Source: Myxococcota bacterium (lineage in GTDB: Bacteria; Myxococcota_A; Polyangia; Nannocystales; Nannocystaceae). Taken from it: 64,000 bases of DNA. The notes under the pieces are model-generated. The model was not told the DNA's origin. It saw only the letters and a program-made list of their open reading frames with translations, and ran no database searches. The DNA lies in assembly GCA_039028615.1 (NCBI GenBank), contig JBCCHT010000034.1, positions 80,944-144,943 of the forward strand, written 5' to 3'. The position numbers were made by a program, and so were the translations under genes. Each line of letters opens with the position of its first letter. Within the stretch, counting starts at the first letter, position 1. Of the stretch, positions 1-9,426 are shown in pieces.

Positions 1-2431
1 TGAAGTGCATCGCCGCGTAGATGTCTCGACACGAGCGCGCCCACGCTTCGTCGATGATCGGGTCCTTGCGCAGCGTGGCGATGGCCTGCTTCTGCTCGGC
101 CGGGGTCAAAAACCGCACCTGAGGATCCCACGCGGCGAAGAACTCCTTGGCATCGGGGCTCAGCGTGTCCCACGGCGGGTTCCCGAGCACGACGTCGAAG
201 CCCCCACGCGCAAACACGTGGGGGAACTCGAGCGGCCAGTGGAAGAAGCCGTGGTGCTGCGCCAGGGCCCGGGTCATCGATCGAGTCGGAGAGTCGGCGG
301 GCAGCGGCTCGGCCAGCGCCTGTCGGAGGGTGGCATGGGTCGGCGCCACGTCGGTGGCTTCGCCCGATTGCTTGGGCCACACGAACGCCGCACACCACAT
401 GTCGGCCACCGACCGCGCGTGACGATACGCGTCGCCCTCGCGGATCTCCTGCCACCGCGCTCGCTTGCGCGCCAGCTGGGGCGCATCGTCTTCCGGTAGC
501 GCCTCGAGAGCCGTCATCGCCTCGGCCAGGCTCGACCCCGTCGGCTCGGGTGCCTCCTCGGCTTGCGTCGCATCCCGCTCGCTGCGATTGCGTTTGCGGA
601 GGAGCTTGGCCGCCTCTTTGTCGTCGCCGTCCAGCGGCTTCCAAGCGTCGTCGGGAAGACCCGCCGCCACCAGCGACGGCGTCGTCCCCAGCAGCGCGTT
701 GCCGTGGCGGATATGCGAGTCGAGCCACGGCACGGGATGGCCCTGCTCGAGCGCTTCCATCCACAAGTTGGCGGTACACAGCTCCACCGCCATGGGATTG
801 AGGTCGACGCCGTAGATGCAGCGAGAGACCACCCGTCGCAGCGCGTGCCGATAGGCATCGACCGTGGGCGTGCCCCCCGATTGCAGGCGCGCGACATGAG
901 ACGCCAAGCGACGCGCCGCCCCCAGCAGGAAGTGTCCGCTGCCGCAGGCCGGGTCCACGATGGTCAGCTCGAGCAGGGTCTCCGCTTCGCGCCCGGGGTT
1001 GTCGGCCAGGGTCTTGGCCACCACGGGCTCGAGCGCACGGTCGAGGACCACCTGCACCAGGCTCTCGGGGGTGTAGTAGCTGCCGGTCGACTTGCGCGTG
1101 CTGCCCTTGGGGCCGTCGCTCGAGGCAAAGGAGAACGAGCGGGCGTGGTCGCTGACCTGCGGCACGAGCTCGAGCAAGCTCTCGTAGACGCTGCCCAGCT
1201 CCTCGGGTCCCATGTCGCGCCAGTTGACGCGGGACAGGCTGGAGCCTTGGTCCTGAAACCATGACAGGTGGCGCATGCCCTGCATCGCGAAGCGGTTTTC
1301 GAGGCGCGCCGCGTCGAGGGCGGGGCAGCGATCGGGAGCGAACAGACCGCCGAGCGCAGGCAAGCCGAGCGCGGCCTCGCCTTCGACCAGGCATCGAAAG
1401 ACCACCTTCACGCCCTCGAAGACGTCGTGGTGCCGATCATGCGCCCCATGGCCGACGGCGCGATCGCGAAGCCGCCGCATGCCGTAGCCCTGGGCGTAGC
1501 GCTCGCGGGCAGTCGCATCGGCATCGGGAGCGAAGAGCACCTGCCGCTCCTCCGCGCCCAGCAAGAAGATCAGTCGATAGACGAGCCGCAGCAGCTGCTG
1601 AAAATAGGCACTCGGGCCCAGCGTGCCGCCGCTGAGATCTCGGCGCAGCGCGCCGTTGTCCGGGTGGGCTAAAAACCCCTCGCCGAACGCGAGCAAGGCC
1701 GCCTCGACGCCCTCCCGCAAGCGCTGTCGGGCCCGCGTCCCTCGCTGACGCCCCTGCGCTCGCCATCGCTCCAGCGTGGAGTCGTCGGGCTCGGCGTCGG
1801 CGGGCCCAAAGCGCGACTGGTGCACCAAGAGCCACAGCGCGGCGAAATCGGGATAGGCGTCGTCCTCGAAGATGCGGACGAGGTCGGCCTGAATCCACGC
1901 CGGTCGGGTGAGGCGTCCCGTCGCACGGAGCAGGCGTAGCTGGAGGCCGTTGCTCACCAGCCCCCACGCGGTCGAGGCGCGAGCGTTGAGCTGCTCTTGG
2001 CAATAGCCGAACGCGCTGCGCTCGTAGCCGCCGTCGGCCCAGCGAGCATCCCGGCCATCGAGGCCAATGCCGGCTGGCGTGATGACCACGGGCACGCGCC
2101 CGCCCAGCGCGGTGTGAGCCGGACCGGGCTCGGCCACCAGCGACTCGAAGCCTAGACACTGGCCGAGCAGGGTCTCGACCCACGCGACGGTCTCCCCGGC
2201 GTCGTCGTCGGCACCGGTCCGTGCCATGTCGAACTGCCGCCACGCGACCCGGGCTGCCGACCAGGCCCGGTTGATCGCGTCGCGCAAGCCTCCGGTGTGC
2301 TCCGGCCCAAGGCCGTAGTCCCCCGCCGACTGCTCGCCCGCCTCCTGCGTGGCGACGAGGCTCAACCACTCCGGCGGCAGCAGGCCCCCCTCGATGGTCA
2401 GGGCATCGAAGCCGATCGGGGAGTGAGGCAC
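1..2431 (-). CDS. Large N6-adenine DNA methyltransferase (Eco57I/type IIG-like, DISARM DrmMI-like); 3' end runs off the window
   Basis: Not in the ORF track because no stop lies in the window. Partly hand-translated from GTG at 2431 (2 nt after the helicase stop): MPHSPIGFDALTIEGGLLPPEWL..., WGLVSNGLQLRLLR, RKSTGSYYTPESLV, motif I TIVDPACGSGHFL (~955) and motif IV FDVVLGNPPW (~199). The start and both motifs are in the same frame. Confidence 0.9.
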   Translation of the reverse strand, partial: MPHSPIGFDALTIEGGLLPPEWLSLVATQEAGEQSAGDYGLGPEHTGGLRDAINRAWSAARVAWRQFDMARTGADDDAGETVAWVETLLGQCLGFESLVAEPGPAHTALGGRVPVVITPAGIGLDGRDARWADGGYERSAFGYCQEQLNARASTAWGLVSNGLQLRLLRATGRLTRPAWIQADLVRIFEDDAYPDFAALWLLVHQSRFGPADAEPDDSTLERWRAQGRQRGTRARQRLREGVEAALLAFGEGFLAHPDNGALRRDLSGGTLGPSAYFQQLLRLVYRLIFLLGAEERQVLFAPDADATARERYAQGYGMRRLRDRAVGHGAHDRHHDVFEGVKVVFRCLVEGEAALGLPALGGLFAPDRCPALDAARLENRFAMQGMRHLSWFQDQGSSLSRVNWRDMGPEELGSVYESLLELVPQVSDHARSFSFASSDGPKGSTRKSTGSYYTPESLVQVVLDRALEPVVAKTLADNPGREAETLLELTIVDPACGSGHFLLGAARRLASHVARLQSGGTPTVDAYRHALRRVVSRCIYGVDLNPMAVELCTANLWMEALEQGHPVPWLDSHIRHGNALLGTTPSLVAAGLPDDAWKPLDGDDKEAAKLLRKRNRSERDATQAEEAPEPTGSSLAEAMTALEALPEDDAPQLARKRARWQEIREGDAYRHARSVADMWCAAFVWPKQSGEATDVAPTHATLRQALAEPLPADSPTRSMTRALAQHHGFFHWPLEFPHVFARGGFDVVLGNPPWDTLSPDAKEFFAAWDPQVRFLTPAEQKQAIATLRKDPIIDEAWARSCRDIYAAMHF

Positions 2432-2433
2432 GG

Positions 2434-5208
2434 CTAGCGCCCCCCCGGCGTGAGCAGATAAAGACCGATCACGTCGACCGGCAGCAACGGCTCGACCGCA
2501 TGGGAACCAGACGCCCGCGAGGCCTTACGCGCGCGGCGATGCTCCTCGAGCAGCAACTGCGCCCGCTCGCGCGCATGCTCGTCGAGTCGCTCACGATGCT
2601 CTCGTAGCTGCCCGAGCGCGGCCTCGATCTCGGCCGGCGAGGGAGCCTCGGGCTCCATCCACGGCGCATCGGTGAGCAGCGCCATGGCCTCGTCGCCCGA
2701 GGACCGCGGCGCCCCATCGTCCGTCGACCAGGCCACCGCCACCGCCTCCTCGACGATCGCGCTGCGGCGCTGCTGGGCGCGACGAGTCGTCAGCCGATGC
2801 CGTAGCCGCAGCAACGCGACCGTGGTGGGCACGGTGACCGCCTCGCTGCTCCACTGACCGACCCGCCCCAAGCTCCCCGCCGTGCTCTCGCCCGGCGGCC
2901 GCGGAGCGAGGGTGCGGTCGAGCAGGGTCTCGGCCAGGACGCGCACCAGGGGGTGACTGCGGTGAATCGAGCGGCAGCGCGGGCTCGCGGGATAGTCGAA
3001 GTCCACGCGGAGTGTCCCCTCGAGCCCCTCGGCGGCCAAGCCCTCGCGAACGACCCGAGGCAGATCGTCGAGCCGAATCTCGAAGCCCGGCTCCAGCGAC
3101 CGCAACGCTCCGCCCAGGTGCTCCAGCGCGTGCTCCACGAAGCGCCGCACGTCCTCGCGAGAGCCGATGGAGGCCAGCGCCCGGGTCCACTGCGGCAGCA
3201 CCTCCTCGGGCTGGAGCCGCCGCTGCGCAAACACGGTGCGGCTACGTCGGGCTCGCTGTGCCGCGTTCGTCCACTCGTCTTCGAGCCGCTCCGCTTCCTC
3301 GCTGGCGGAGAAGTCGAGCTCCAGCTGACGCTCGGCCCGACGCGGGTCGACGAACACCGCCTGCATCAACGCGCGGGTCAGGGCCTCCCCTTCGGCGGGC
3401 AGCGGCACGGGGACCCCGAGTTCCGCCCGGATCTTCGCCGCCTTGCGCACGATGACCTCGAGCACCGCGCCGTCGACCGGGTTGTTGACGCCGTATAGCA
3501 GCGTGGTGCGCACGACCGGGCTGCCCTGCCCGAAGCGATCGACCCGCCCCTCTCGCTGCTCGTGCCGGGTGGGGTTCCACGACAGGTCGTAGTGCACCAC
3601 CGCATCGAAGTGCTCTTGGAGGTTGATGCCCTCGGACAAGCAGTCGGTAGCGACCAGGATCCGCCGTGGCGCATCGCCCAGCGCCTCGACCCGGCGCTTG
3701 CGCTCCGCGGCCCCGAGTTCACCCGTGACCGCATCGACCGCGACGCCCTCGAATTTCAGCCGCTCGCTCAAGTAGTGCGCGGTGGCGATGTAGCGACAGA
3801 ACACGACCGGATCGAAGCCGTCGGCCAAAAGCCGCCCCAGGTGCTCACGCAGGCAGGCCAGCTTGGGGTCGGCCCCGCTGGCCACCAAGCGCTCCGCCTG
3901 GGCGAGCAACACGGTGAGCAGCACCCCATCGACGGCCACCGCGGGCTCGCGATCGTCCTGGCCGCCCAGCCCCTCGACCCCGTCGGCAATGCGCTCGGCC
4001 AGCTCCTCGGCGGGGGTCTCCGCGTCGGCTCGGTTGCGCAGCGCAGCGAGGGCCGCCGCCGGGCTCGAGCCCGCGCAACGCATCAAGGCCAGCGAGGACC
4101 AATACGTCGTCGATGGCGTCGGCTCGGCCCCCGGCTTGGCCTCGACCACCTCGGCGCAGTGCCGCAGCACCTGGGCGAAGAACTCCTCTCCCTCGCCCAC
4201 CAGCGCGTAGGTCAGCTCGGTCGTCTCGCGCCGCGGGAAGATGCGCCCCTGCTGCCACTCGGCGATGTCGGGGCGGCGGCGCTGCACGAAGTGCCGCGAC
4301 AGCTCGCGACGCAGCGTCTTGCGCTGGTCGGCGTCGGCATCGGCCAGCGCTTCGAAGCGAGCATCGAGCAGCCCGAGCAGCGCATGAAAAGCCCGGTCGT
4401 CACCGCTATGCGGCGTGGCGGTCAGCAGCACCAAGTGACGCTGCGGGTCCTGGGACAGCCCCTGAAGTAGCTCGTAGCGCTGGTGCCGACCCCGACCGTG
4501 GCTCGTACAGGTATGCGCTTCATCGACGATCACGAACCCCGGGCAGGCCCGCAAAAACTCCGCCCGCCGACGCTCGCTCTTGATGTAGTCGAGGCTCACC
4601 ACCGTATGCGGGTGCGCCCCGAAGATGCTCTCCCCCTGCGGGAGCCTTCGCTCGAGCCGCGAAGCGCTCGCGGCCGTGACCGCCACCGCATGCAGGTTGA
4701 AGTGCTCCTCGAGCTCGCGGACCCACTGGTCGACCAAGTGCGGCGGACACAGCACCGTGGTGCGCTCGATGTCCCCACGATCGAGGAGCTCCCGGGCGAT
4801 GAGCGCAGCCTCGATGGTCTTGCCGATGCCCACGTCGTCGGCGACCAGCAGCCGAATCGTCGGCATCCGCAGGGCCATCAGCAGCGGCACGAGCTGATAC
4901 GCCCGGGGCTCCACCGCCAGCTGTCCCAGACTCCGAAAGGGGCCCGCCCCCGCCCGCGTGCACAGCACCAGCGCGTCGCGAAGCAGCCGCGCGTTGGTGT
5001 GGTCACCGCTCTCGTCCGCCCGGGGCCAACCGAAGGTCGCGGCGGTCACCGGCTCCAGCTCGAGCGGGGCGTAGATCAGCACCTGCTCCGTCTCGGAGCC
5101 CGACACCGGCCGCAGATGCAGCGTCTGCTCGTCACTGCCAGCCAAGACGATCCAGTCTCTGCCGCGAGCGCGAACCAGGCTCCCGGGACGATGGCGGGCA
5201 GCGTTCAT
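2434..5208 (-). CDS. SNF2/RapA-family SF2 helicase (DISARM DrmD-like)
   Basis: N-terminal PGSLVRARGRDWIV; LLVADDVGIGKTIEA (motif I), IVDEAH (II), LLTATPHSG (III), TDCLSEGINLQ, WNPTRHEQREGRVDRFGQ (VI). Confidence 0.92.
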   Translation of the reverse strand: MNAARHRPGSLVRARGRDWIVLAGSDEQTLHLRPVSGSETEQVLIYAPLELEPVTAATFGWPRADESGDHTNARLLRDALVLCTRAGAGPFRSLGQLAVEPRAYQLVPLLMALRMPTIRLLVADDVGIGKTIEAALIARELLDRGDIERTTVLCPPHLVDQWVRELEEHFNLHAVAVTAASASRLERRLPQGESIFGAHPHTVVSLDYIKSERRRAEFLRACPGFVIVDEAHTCTSHGRGRHQRYELLQGLSQDPQRHLVLLTATPHSGDDRAFHALLGLLDARFEALADADADQRKTLRRELSRHFVQRRRPDIAEWQQGRIFPRRETTELTYALVGEGEEFFAQVLRHCAEVVEAKPGAEPTPSTTYWSSLALMRCAGSSPAAALAALRNRADAETPAEELAERIADGVEGLGGQDDREPAVAVDGVLLTVLLAQAERLVASGADPKLACLREHLGRLLADGFDPVVFCRYIATAHYLSERLKFEGVAVDAVTGELGAAERKRRVEALGDAPRRILVATDCLSEGINLQEHFDAVVHYDLSWNPTRHEQREGRVDRFGQGSPVVRTTLLYGVNNPVDGAVLEVIVRKAAKIRAELGVPVPLPAEGEALTRALMQAVFVDPRRAERQLELDFSASEEAERLEDEWTNAAQRARRSRTVFAQRRLQPEEVLPQWTRALASIGSREDVRRFVEHALEHLGGALRSLEPGFEIRLDDLPRVVREGLAAEGLEGTLRVDFDYPASPRCRSIHRSHPLVRVLAETLLDRTLAPRPPGESTAGSLGRVGQWSSEAVTVPTTVALLRLRHRLTTRRAQQRRSAIVEEAVAVAWSTDDGAPRSSGDEAMALLTDAPWMEPEAPSPAEIEAALGQLREHRERLDEHARERAQLLLEEHRRARKASRASGSHAVEPLLPVDVIGLYLLTPGGR

Positions 5209-5278
5209 GCGACGAGTCGGGCGCCTTTCGGCTCGGCCTTCCTACCACAGCGTGGCCCCCGTGTTACACCCCGAGGGC

Positions 5279-5911
5279 ATGGTCACGGGGCGCTACTACG
5301 TGGTGTGGATCGGGCGCGAGCCCGGCATCTACCGCGAGTGGGCGCAGTGCCGGGCCCAGGTCGACGACTTCCCCGGAGCCCTGTATCGCACCTACCCCTC
5401 GGCGGTGGAGGCCCAACGCGCGTGGGTCGAGGCGGGCGGCGAACCCATCCCGCTCGACGAGCCCGAGCAACCGGACGAGACCGCGTCGCCCTGGGGCGAG
5501 GACGGGCCGGCTCCGGGCGCCATCGCGGTCGATGCCGCGTGCAGCGGCAACCCCGGGCCCATGGAGTACCGCGGCGTCGAGATCGATACCGGAGAGCAGC
5601 TGTTTTTGGTGGGCCCGATGCTCGGCAACAACAACCTGGGCGAGTTCCTGGCCGTGGTGCACGGGCTCGCATGGCAGAAGGCCAAGGGTCGCAGCGAGCC
5701 CATCTACTCCGACTCCCGCACGGCCCTCGACTGGGTCCGTCGCGGCCGGGTGAGCACGACGCTCGAGCGCACGCCCGAGACCGCCCACATCTGGCAGCTC
5801 GTCGACCGGGCCCATCACTGGCTCCACCACGAAGCGCCCGGCGTCCTCGAGCTCCGCAAGTGGCCCACGCGGCGCTGGGGCGAGATTCCAGCGGACTTCG
5901 GTCGCAAGTAG
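5279..5911 (+). CDS. rnhA: Ribonuclease HI with N-terminal viroplasmin (hybrid-binding) domain
   Basis: YYVVWIGREPGIYREWAQC (caulimovirus viroplasmin/HBD), then VDAACSGNPG, NNLGEFLA, IYSDSRTA and WGEIPADFGRK with all four acidic residues. ATG 5279 is preferred over 5207. Confidence 0.9.
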   Translation: MVTGRYYVVWIGREPGIYREWAQCRAQVDDFPGALYRTYPSAVEAQRAWVEAGGEPIPLDEPEQPDETASPWGEDGPAPGAIAVDAACSGNPGPMEYRGVEIDTGEQLFLVGPMLGNNNLGEFLAVVHGLAWQKAKGRSEPIYSDSRTALDWVRRGRVSTTLERTPETAHIWQLVDRAHHWLHHEAPGVLELRKWPTRRWGEIPADFGRK

Positions 5912-5972
5912 CCCTTTGCTCGGAATGTCGCGGTGTGCAGCCGCGTCCTGGGCTGCTAGGTACGAAGAGCCG

Positions 5973-6962
5973 GTGCCGGAACAGCTCAAGGAAATCGCCT
6001 TTGCCCTGATGGGCTGGGTCCTGACCCCGGCGGGGTTGGTGCTGGCGCTCCTCGTGCGGGTCCTGTGGCGTAGGGCGGCACGGTGGCGGCCTCGCTGGCG
6101 CGTGGTGGGTCGCACGGGCGCGAGCCTGCTGGCGTTCCTCACCCTCGCCTGTCTCGTCGGCGGCAGCATCGGGCTGTGGGTGCGCTACCGGCCCCAGCCC
6201 AGCGCGACGGAGCGCACCTTGTTCCCCGGCGCCACCTACCGTCGCTTTTCTCGCCAGACCCCGCGACCCATCGCCGTCCACGTGGTCACCCTCGACCTCA
6301 CCACGCCCGGCCTGTCGCTCGTGCCCACGAGCGGCGCCACCGGGGCCTGCCTGCCCGCCACCACCACCTCCAACTTCCTCGCGGAGCAACGGGTTCAGCT
6401 GGCGATCAACACCCAATTCTTCTTCGTCTGCCCCGGCCAGCCCAACCCCGAACAGCTCACCCCCGGCCAGCTCCAGCACCCGGTGGGACGCTACGCGGTC
6501 GCGGGCGAGATCGTGGTGGGCAACCGCTGGAACGGCAACACCATGTTCATCGCCGAGGACGGCACGGTCAGCCTCTTCGATCGCCCCGAGACGCTGCACC
6601 ACGCGATTTCCGGGCGTCATCGGCTGGTCGTCGAGGGGCGGGCCGCGCTGCTCGATGCGAGCGGGCTGGCCCCGCGCCTGGCTCTCGGTTTCGACGAGGC
6701 GCGCGAGCGCATGACCATCGTCCTCGTCGACGGTCGCCAGCCCGGCTTCAGCGAAGGCGTCACCCTGCCCGAGCTGGCCGAGCTCATGGTGGAGCTGGGC
6801 GTCTACGATGGCATCGAGTTCGACGGCGGTGGCTCGGCCACGCTGGTCGTCGAAGACGAGGATGGCGAGCCCGAGGTCCTCAACTCGCCCATCCACACCC
6901 GGATCCCGGGGCGCGAGCGCCCGGTCGCCAATCACCTCGGCGTCCGAGCCCCTTCGCCGTAG
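5973..6962 (+). CDS. Membrane-anchored phosphodiester glycosidase (NAGPA/DUF2233) family protein
   Basis: Two N-terminal hydrophobic segments; AINTQFF, PRLALG, VDGRQPGFSEGVTLPELA, FDGGGSATL, ERPVANHL. Start uncertain (5916/5973/6009). Confidence 0.85.
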   Translation: MPEQLKEIAFALMGWVLTPAGLVLALLVRVLWRRAARWRPRWRVVGRTGASLLAFLTLACLVGGSIGLWVRYRPQPSATERTLFPGATYRRFSRQTPRPIAVHVVTLDLTTPGLSLVPTSGATGACLPATTTSNFLAEQRVQLAINTQFFFVCPGQPNPEQLTPGQLQHPVGRYAVAGEIVVGNRWNGNTMFIAEDGTVSLFDRPETLHHAISGRHRLVVEGRAALLDASGLAPRLALGFDEARERMTIVLVDGRQPGFSEGVTLPELAELMVELGVYDGIEFDGGGSATLVVEDEDGEPEVLNSPIHTRIPGRERPVANHLGVRAPSP

Positions 6963-6967
6963 GGGCC

Positions 6968-7849
6968 TCAGCGCACGAGGAAGCGCCGCAGCGCCCGGCC
7001 GTGGACCTCCGCGTCGCGCTCGCCCTGCTCGATGATCCGATCGACCAGCTCGGCCCGCGCATGCTCACCGCGCCGCACCGGGCTCGGCCCCGAGGGCGCC
7101 ACGTAGAGCCGATTGCCCTTGTCTCCCACCTTCGACGCGGGATAACGCCGCGTCAGCAAGACCACGTTGCGCCGCACGCCCGCGATCCCGTCGGCGACCG
7201 AAGCCGGCACATCGTCCACCATGCCCCCGTCCACCAGCCGCCGCCCTCCAAAGCGCTCCGATCGCGTCAGCGAAGGCCCCGTCGACGACGCGATGATCAG
7301 ATCGGTGAGCTGCTTCGGACTCCGGCACTCCCTCGCATCCACCACATGAGAGCGAAACCCGAGGGTCCGCCCCGCCACCGGATGCACCGCGTCTCGCCGT
7401 AGCCGCTGCTCGATGGTCTTGGCCGCGATCCCCAGCACCGTCCCCACCTGCGCGGGCACCAGGCGGGGCGGCACCGCGGTGGTCACCAGCACGGGAAAGG
7501 GCAAGGCCCGAACCTTCGGCAGCCCGTCCTCCGAGAACGCACACATCAGCGTGTCGCGAAAGACGTCGGGGCGAGGGTCGGGCCGCTGCCCGCGAAGCAA
7601 GCGACCCAACTCGAATCGCCCCCGCACCCCCTGCCGACGCGCTCGCCAAAACCGTAGCGTCTGCGTCTCTCGACCCATCAGCCACACCAGCGCCACGCAG
7701 GCCCCGACCCCGCACGCGGCCACGCCACCGATCCGCGGCCGCAGTCGCTCCCCCCAGCCATGCAACAAACCCAGCTGATAAAACGCCCGGTTGCCGCCCC
7801 CCGCGAAGGTGATGGCGACATCCCGAGGAGCAGCGGGCGTGGTCGTCAC
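6968..7849 (-). CDS. Patatin-like phospholipase-family protein lacking the catalytic Ser
   Basis: Gly-rich FAGGGNRAFYQLG and LVDGGMVDDVP are present; the nucleophile elbow reads AACGVGA instead of G-x-S-x-G. Confidence 0.8.
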   Translation of the reverse strand: MTTTPAAPRDVAITFAGGGNRAFYQLGLLHGWGERLRPRIGGVAACGVGACVALVWLMGRETQTLRFWRARRQGVRGRFELGRLLRGQRPDPRPDVFRDTLMCAFSEDGLPKVRALPFPVLVTTAVPPRLVPAQVGTVLGIAAKTIEQRLRRDAVHPVAGRTLGFRSHVVDARECRSPKQLTDLIIASSTGPSLTRSERFGGRRLVDGGMVDDVPASVADGIAGVRRNVVLLTRRYPASKVGDKGNRLYVAPSGPSPVRRGEHARAELVDRIIEQGERDAEVHGRALRRFLVR

Positions 7850-7868
7850 GAGCGTCGATATAACCCGG

Positions 7869-9359
7869 TCAGCGCGGCGGCGCCATGATCGCCCGGCGAG
7901 CCGCTGCGGCGGGGTGTTGGTCGTCCAAAGACACCTCCCCGTCGTTCACTTGCACGCCGAGCCGAGCCATCGCCGCCTCGACATCCGGCAGCTGATTGCC
8001 CGCCAAGACCTCCTCGGCGACCCGGGTGAACAACGGCTCCCCGTGCCAGGTGTCGAGGCGCTGGAGCAGCTCGGAGGCATCCCAGCGGAACGTGGCGTCA
8101 CCACAGCAGCGCCGCAGCTCGACCATCGCGTCGTCCAGCCCCCGCTCCCCGCCAGAGTCGAGGCGCAGCTGGACGTCGATCAAAAACGCGACCGAGGCCC
8201 CGCCCCAGTACACCCGCTGGTAGGCGCCAACCCGCCGCATCGCGGCGCTCGACTCGGCCAGCGTGGTCTCGCCCCCGCGCCGCCGACCGCGTTCGAACGC
8301 ATCGAACAATGCCTGCCACCCCTCGAGCTCGGTGCGATGACCCATGCGCGTGCGCATCAGCTCGGTGTAGTAGCTCACCCAGCCTTCGGCCATCCACGGC
8401 TCGCGAATGAAGGGCATGCCGTGGTGCAGCAGCTCGTGCACCGTCGTCCAGCCGCCGGGGAGCTTGGCCGCCTCCGCCTCGTCGTCGAGGAAGATGAACA
8501 CCCCCGGGCCTCCGCCGCGACCGGCGAGGCCGAAGTACACGGTGCCCGAGCCTCCCCCGGACACGGGGTTGATCACCAGCTGGAGTCGATCGCGGGGGAA
8601 CCGTCCGCCGAAGAGCATCGCCACCGAGTCCACCGCGTCGGTGACCCAGGTTCGCAGCCCCTCGGGTGGACACGCGACCGGGGCATCGAGGGTGGTCAGC
8701 TCGATCTCCACCCCGGCTCGCTCGAAACGATCGACGGTCAGCGCACCGAACACGATGAAGGACAGCCAGTTGAAGGCGGTGCGATCCAGCTCGTAGGTCG
8801 CGTCGGGTGTTCCTCGTGGCGCCTCCCCCCGCGTGGGCCACGGCGTGGAGACCTCCATGCCCTCGGGCAAGTCGAAGCGCAGCGTCACCTCGGGGTCCTT
8901 GGCCAGCGGGTACGGACGCCACAGCCACAGACCGGGTCGCGCCATCAAGCTGTCGCCCGCGTCCCCGATCATGCGACCGGTGCCCTCGGCCTGGAGCAAC
9001 CCGGCGAAGTCCACCCGATAGTGCACACACGCCCCGGGTCCGAGCCCGGCCAGGCTCACCCCGTCCTCGCCGACCTCCAGCGTGTTGCCATCGTCGTCGC
9101 GGAACTCCCGGGCGAAGGGCAGAGCGACCGAGACCCCGGGGATCAACATGTCCGGCGGCAGACCGTCGAAGCACACCTGCATCCCTGCCGACTCGAGCGA
9201 GGCGTCGGGGCTCATCACGTAGTGCCAGCCGTTGCGCGCGTCGGCAGCCGCTCCGCCCGGCGCCCCCGATGCCGACGCGCCGTCGCTTCGGCACGAGCCC
9301 AACGTCGACGCAAAGACGAGCGCGAGGCCCCGGGCAACGACGAGTCTGCGAGACGCCAT
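7869..9359 (-). CDS. Lipoprotein zinc metallopeptidase (gluzincin, M61/M1-like)
   Basis: Lipobox TLGSC; TVHELLHH followed by WMAEGWVSYY (HExxH...E); YQRVYWGG. Confidence 0.8.
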   Translation of the reverse strand: MASRRLVVARGLALVFASTLGSCRSDGASASGAPGGAAADARNGWHYVMSPDASLESAGMQVCFDGLPPDMLIPGVSVALPFAREFRDDDGNTLEVGEDGVSLAGLGPGACVHYRVDFAGLLQAEGTGRMIGDAGDSLMARPGLWLWRPYPLAKDPEVTLRFDLPEGMEVSTPWPTRGEAPRGTPDATYELDRTAFNWLSFIVFGALTVDRFERAGVEIELTTLDAPVACPPEGLRTWVTDAVDSVAMLFGGRFPRDRLQLVINPVSGGGSGTVYFGLAGRGGGPGVFIFLDDEAEAAKLPGGWTTVHELLHHGMPFIREPWMAEGWVSYYTELMRTRMGHRTELEGWQALFDAFERGRRRGGETTLAESSAAMRRVGAYQRVYWGGASVAFLIDVQLRLDSGGERGLDDAMVELRRCCGDATFRWDASELLQRLDTWHGEPLFTRVAEEVLAGNQLPDVEAAMARLGVQVNDGEVSLDDQHPAAAARRAIMAPPR

Positions 9360-9426
9360 CCGCCCCTACCATCGCACGATCGATGACCCCCGCGCCTCCA
9401 CCGAAGGCAGCGCGGGTCTCGCTCGC

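Noticed and set aside
5..2369. Many short ORFs listed in 1-2400
   Set aside because: Explained by the single - strand methyltransferase frame that lacks a stop in the window.
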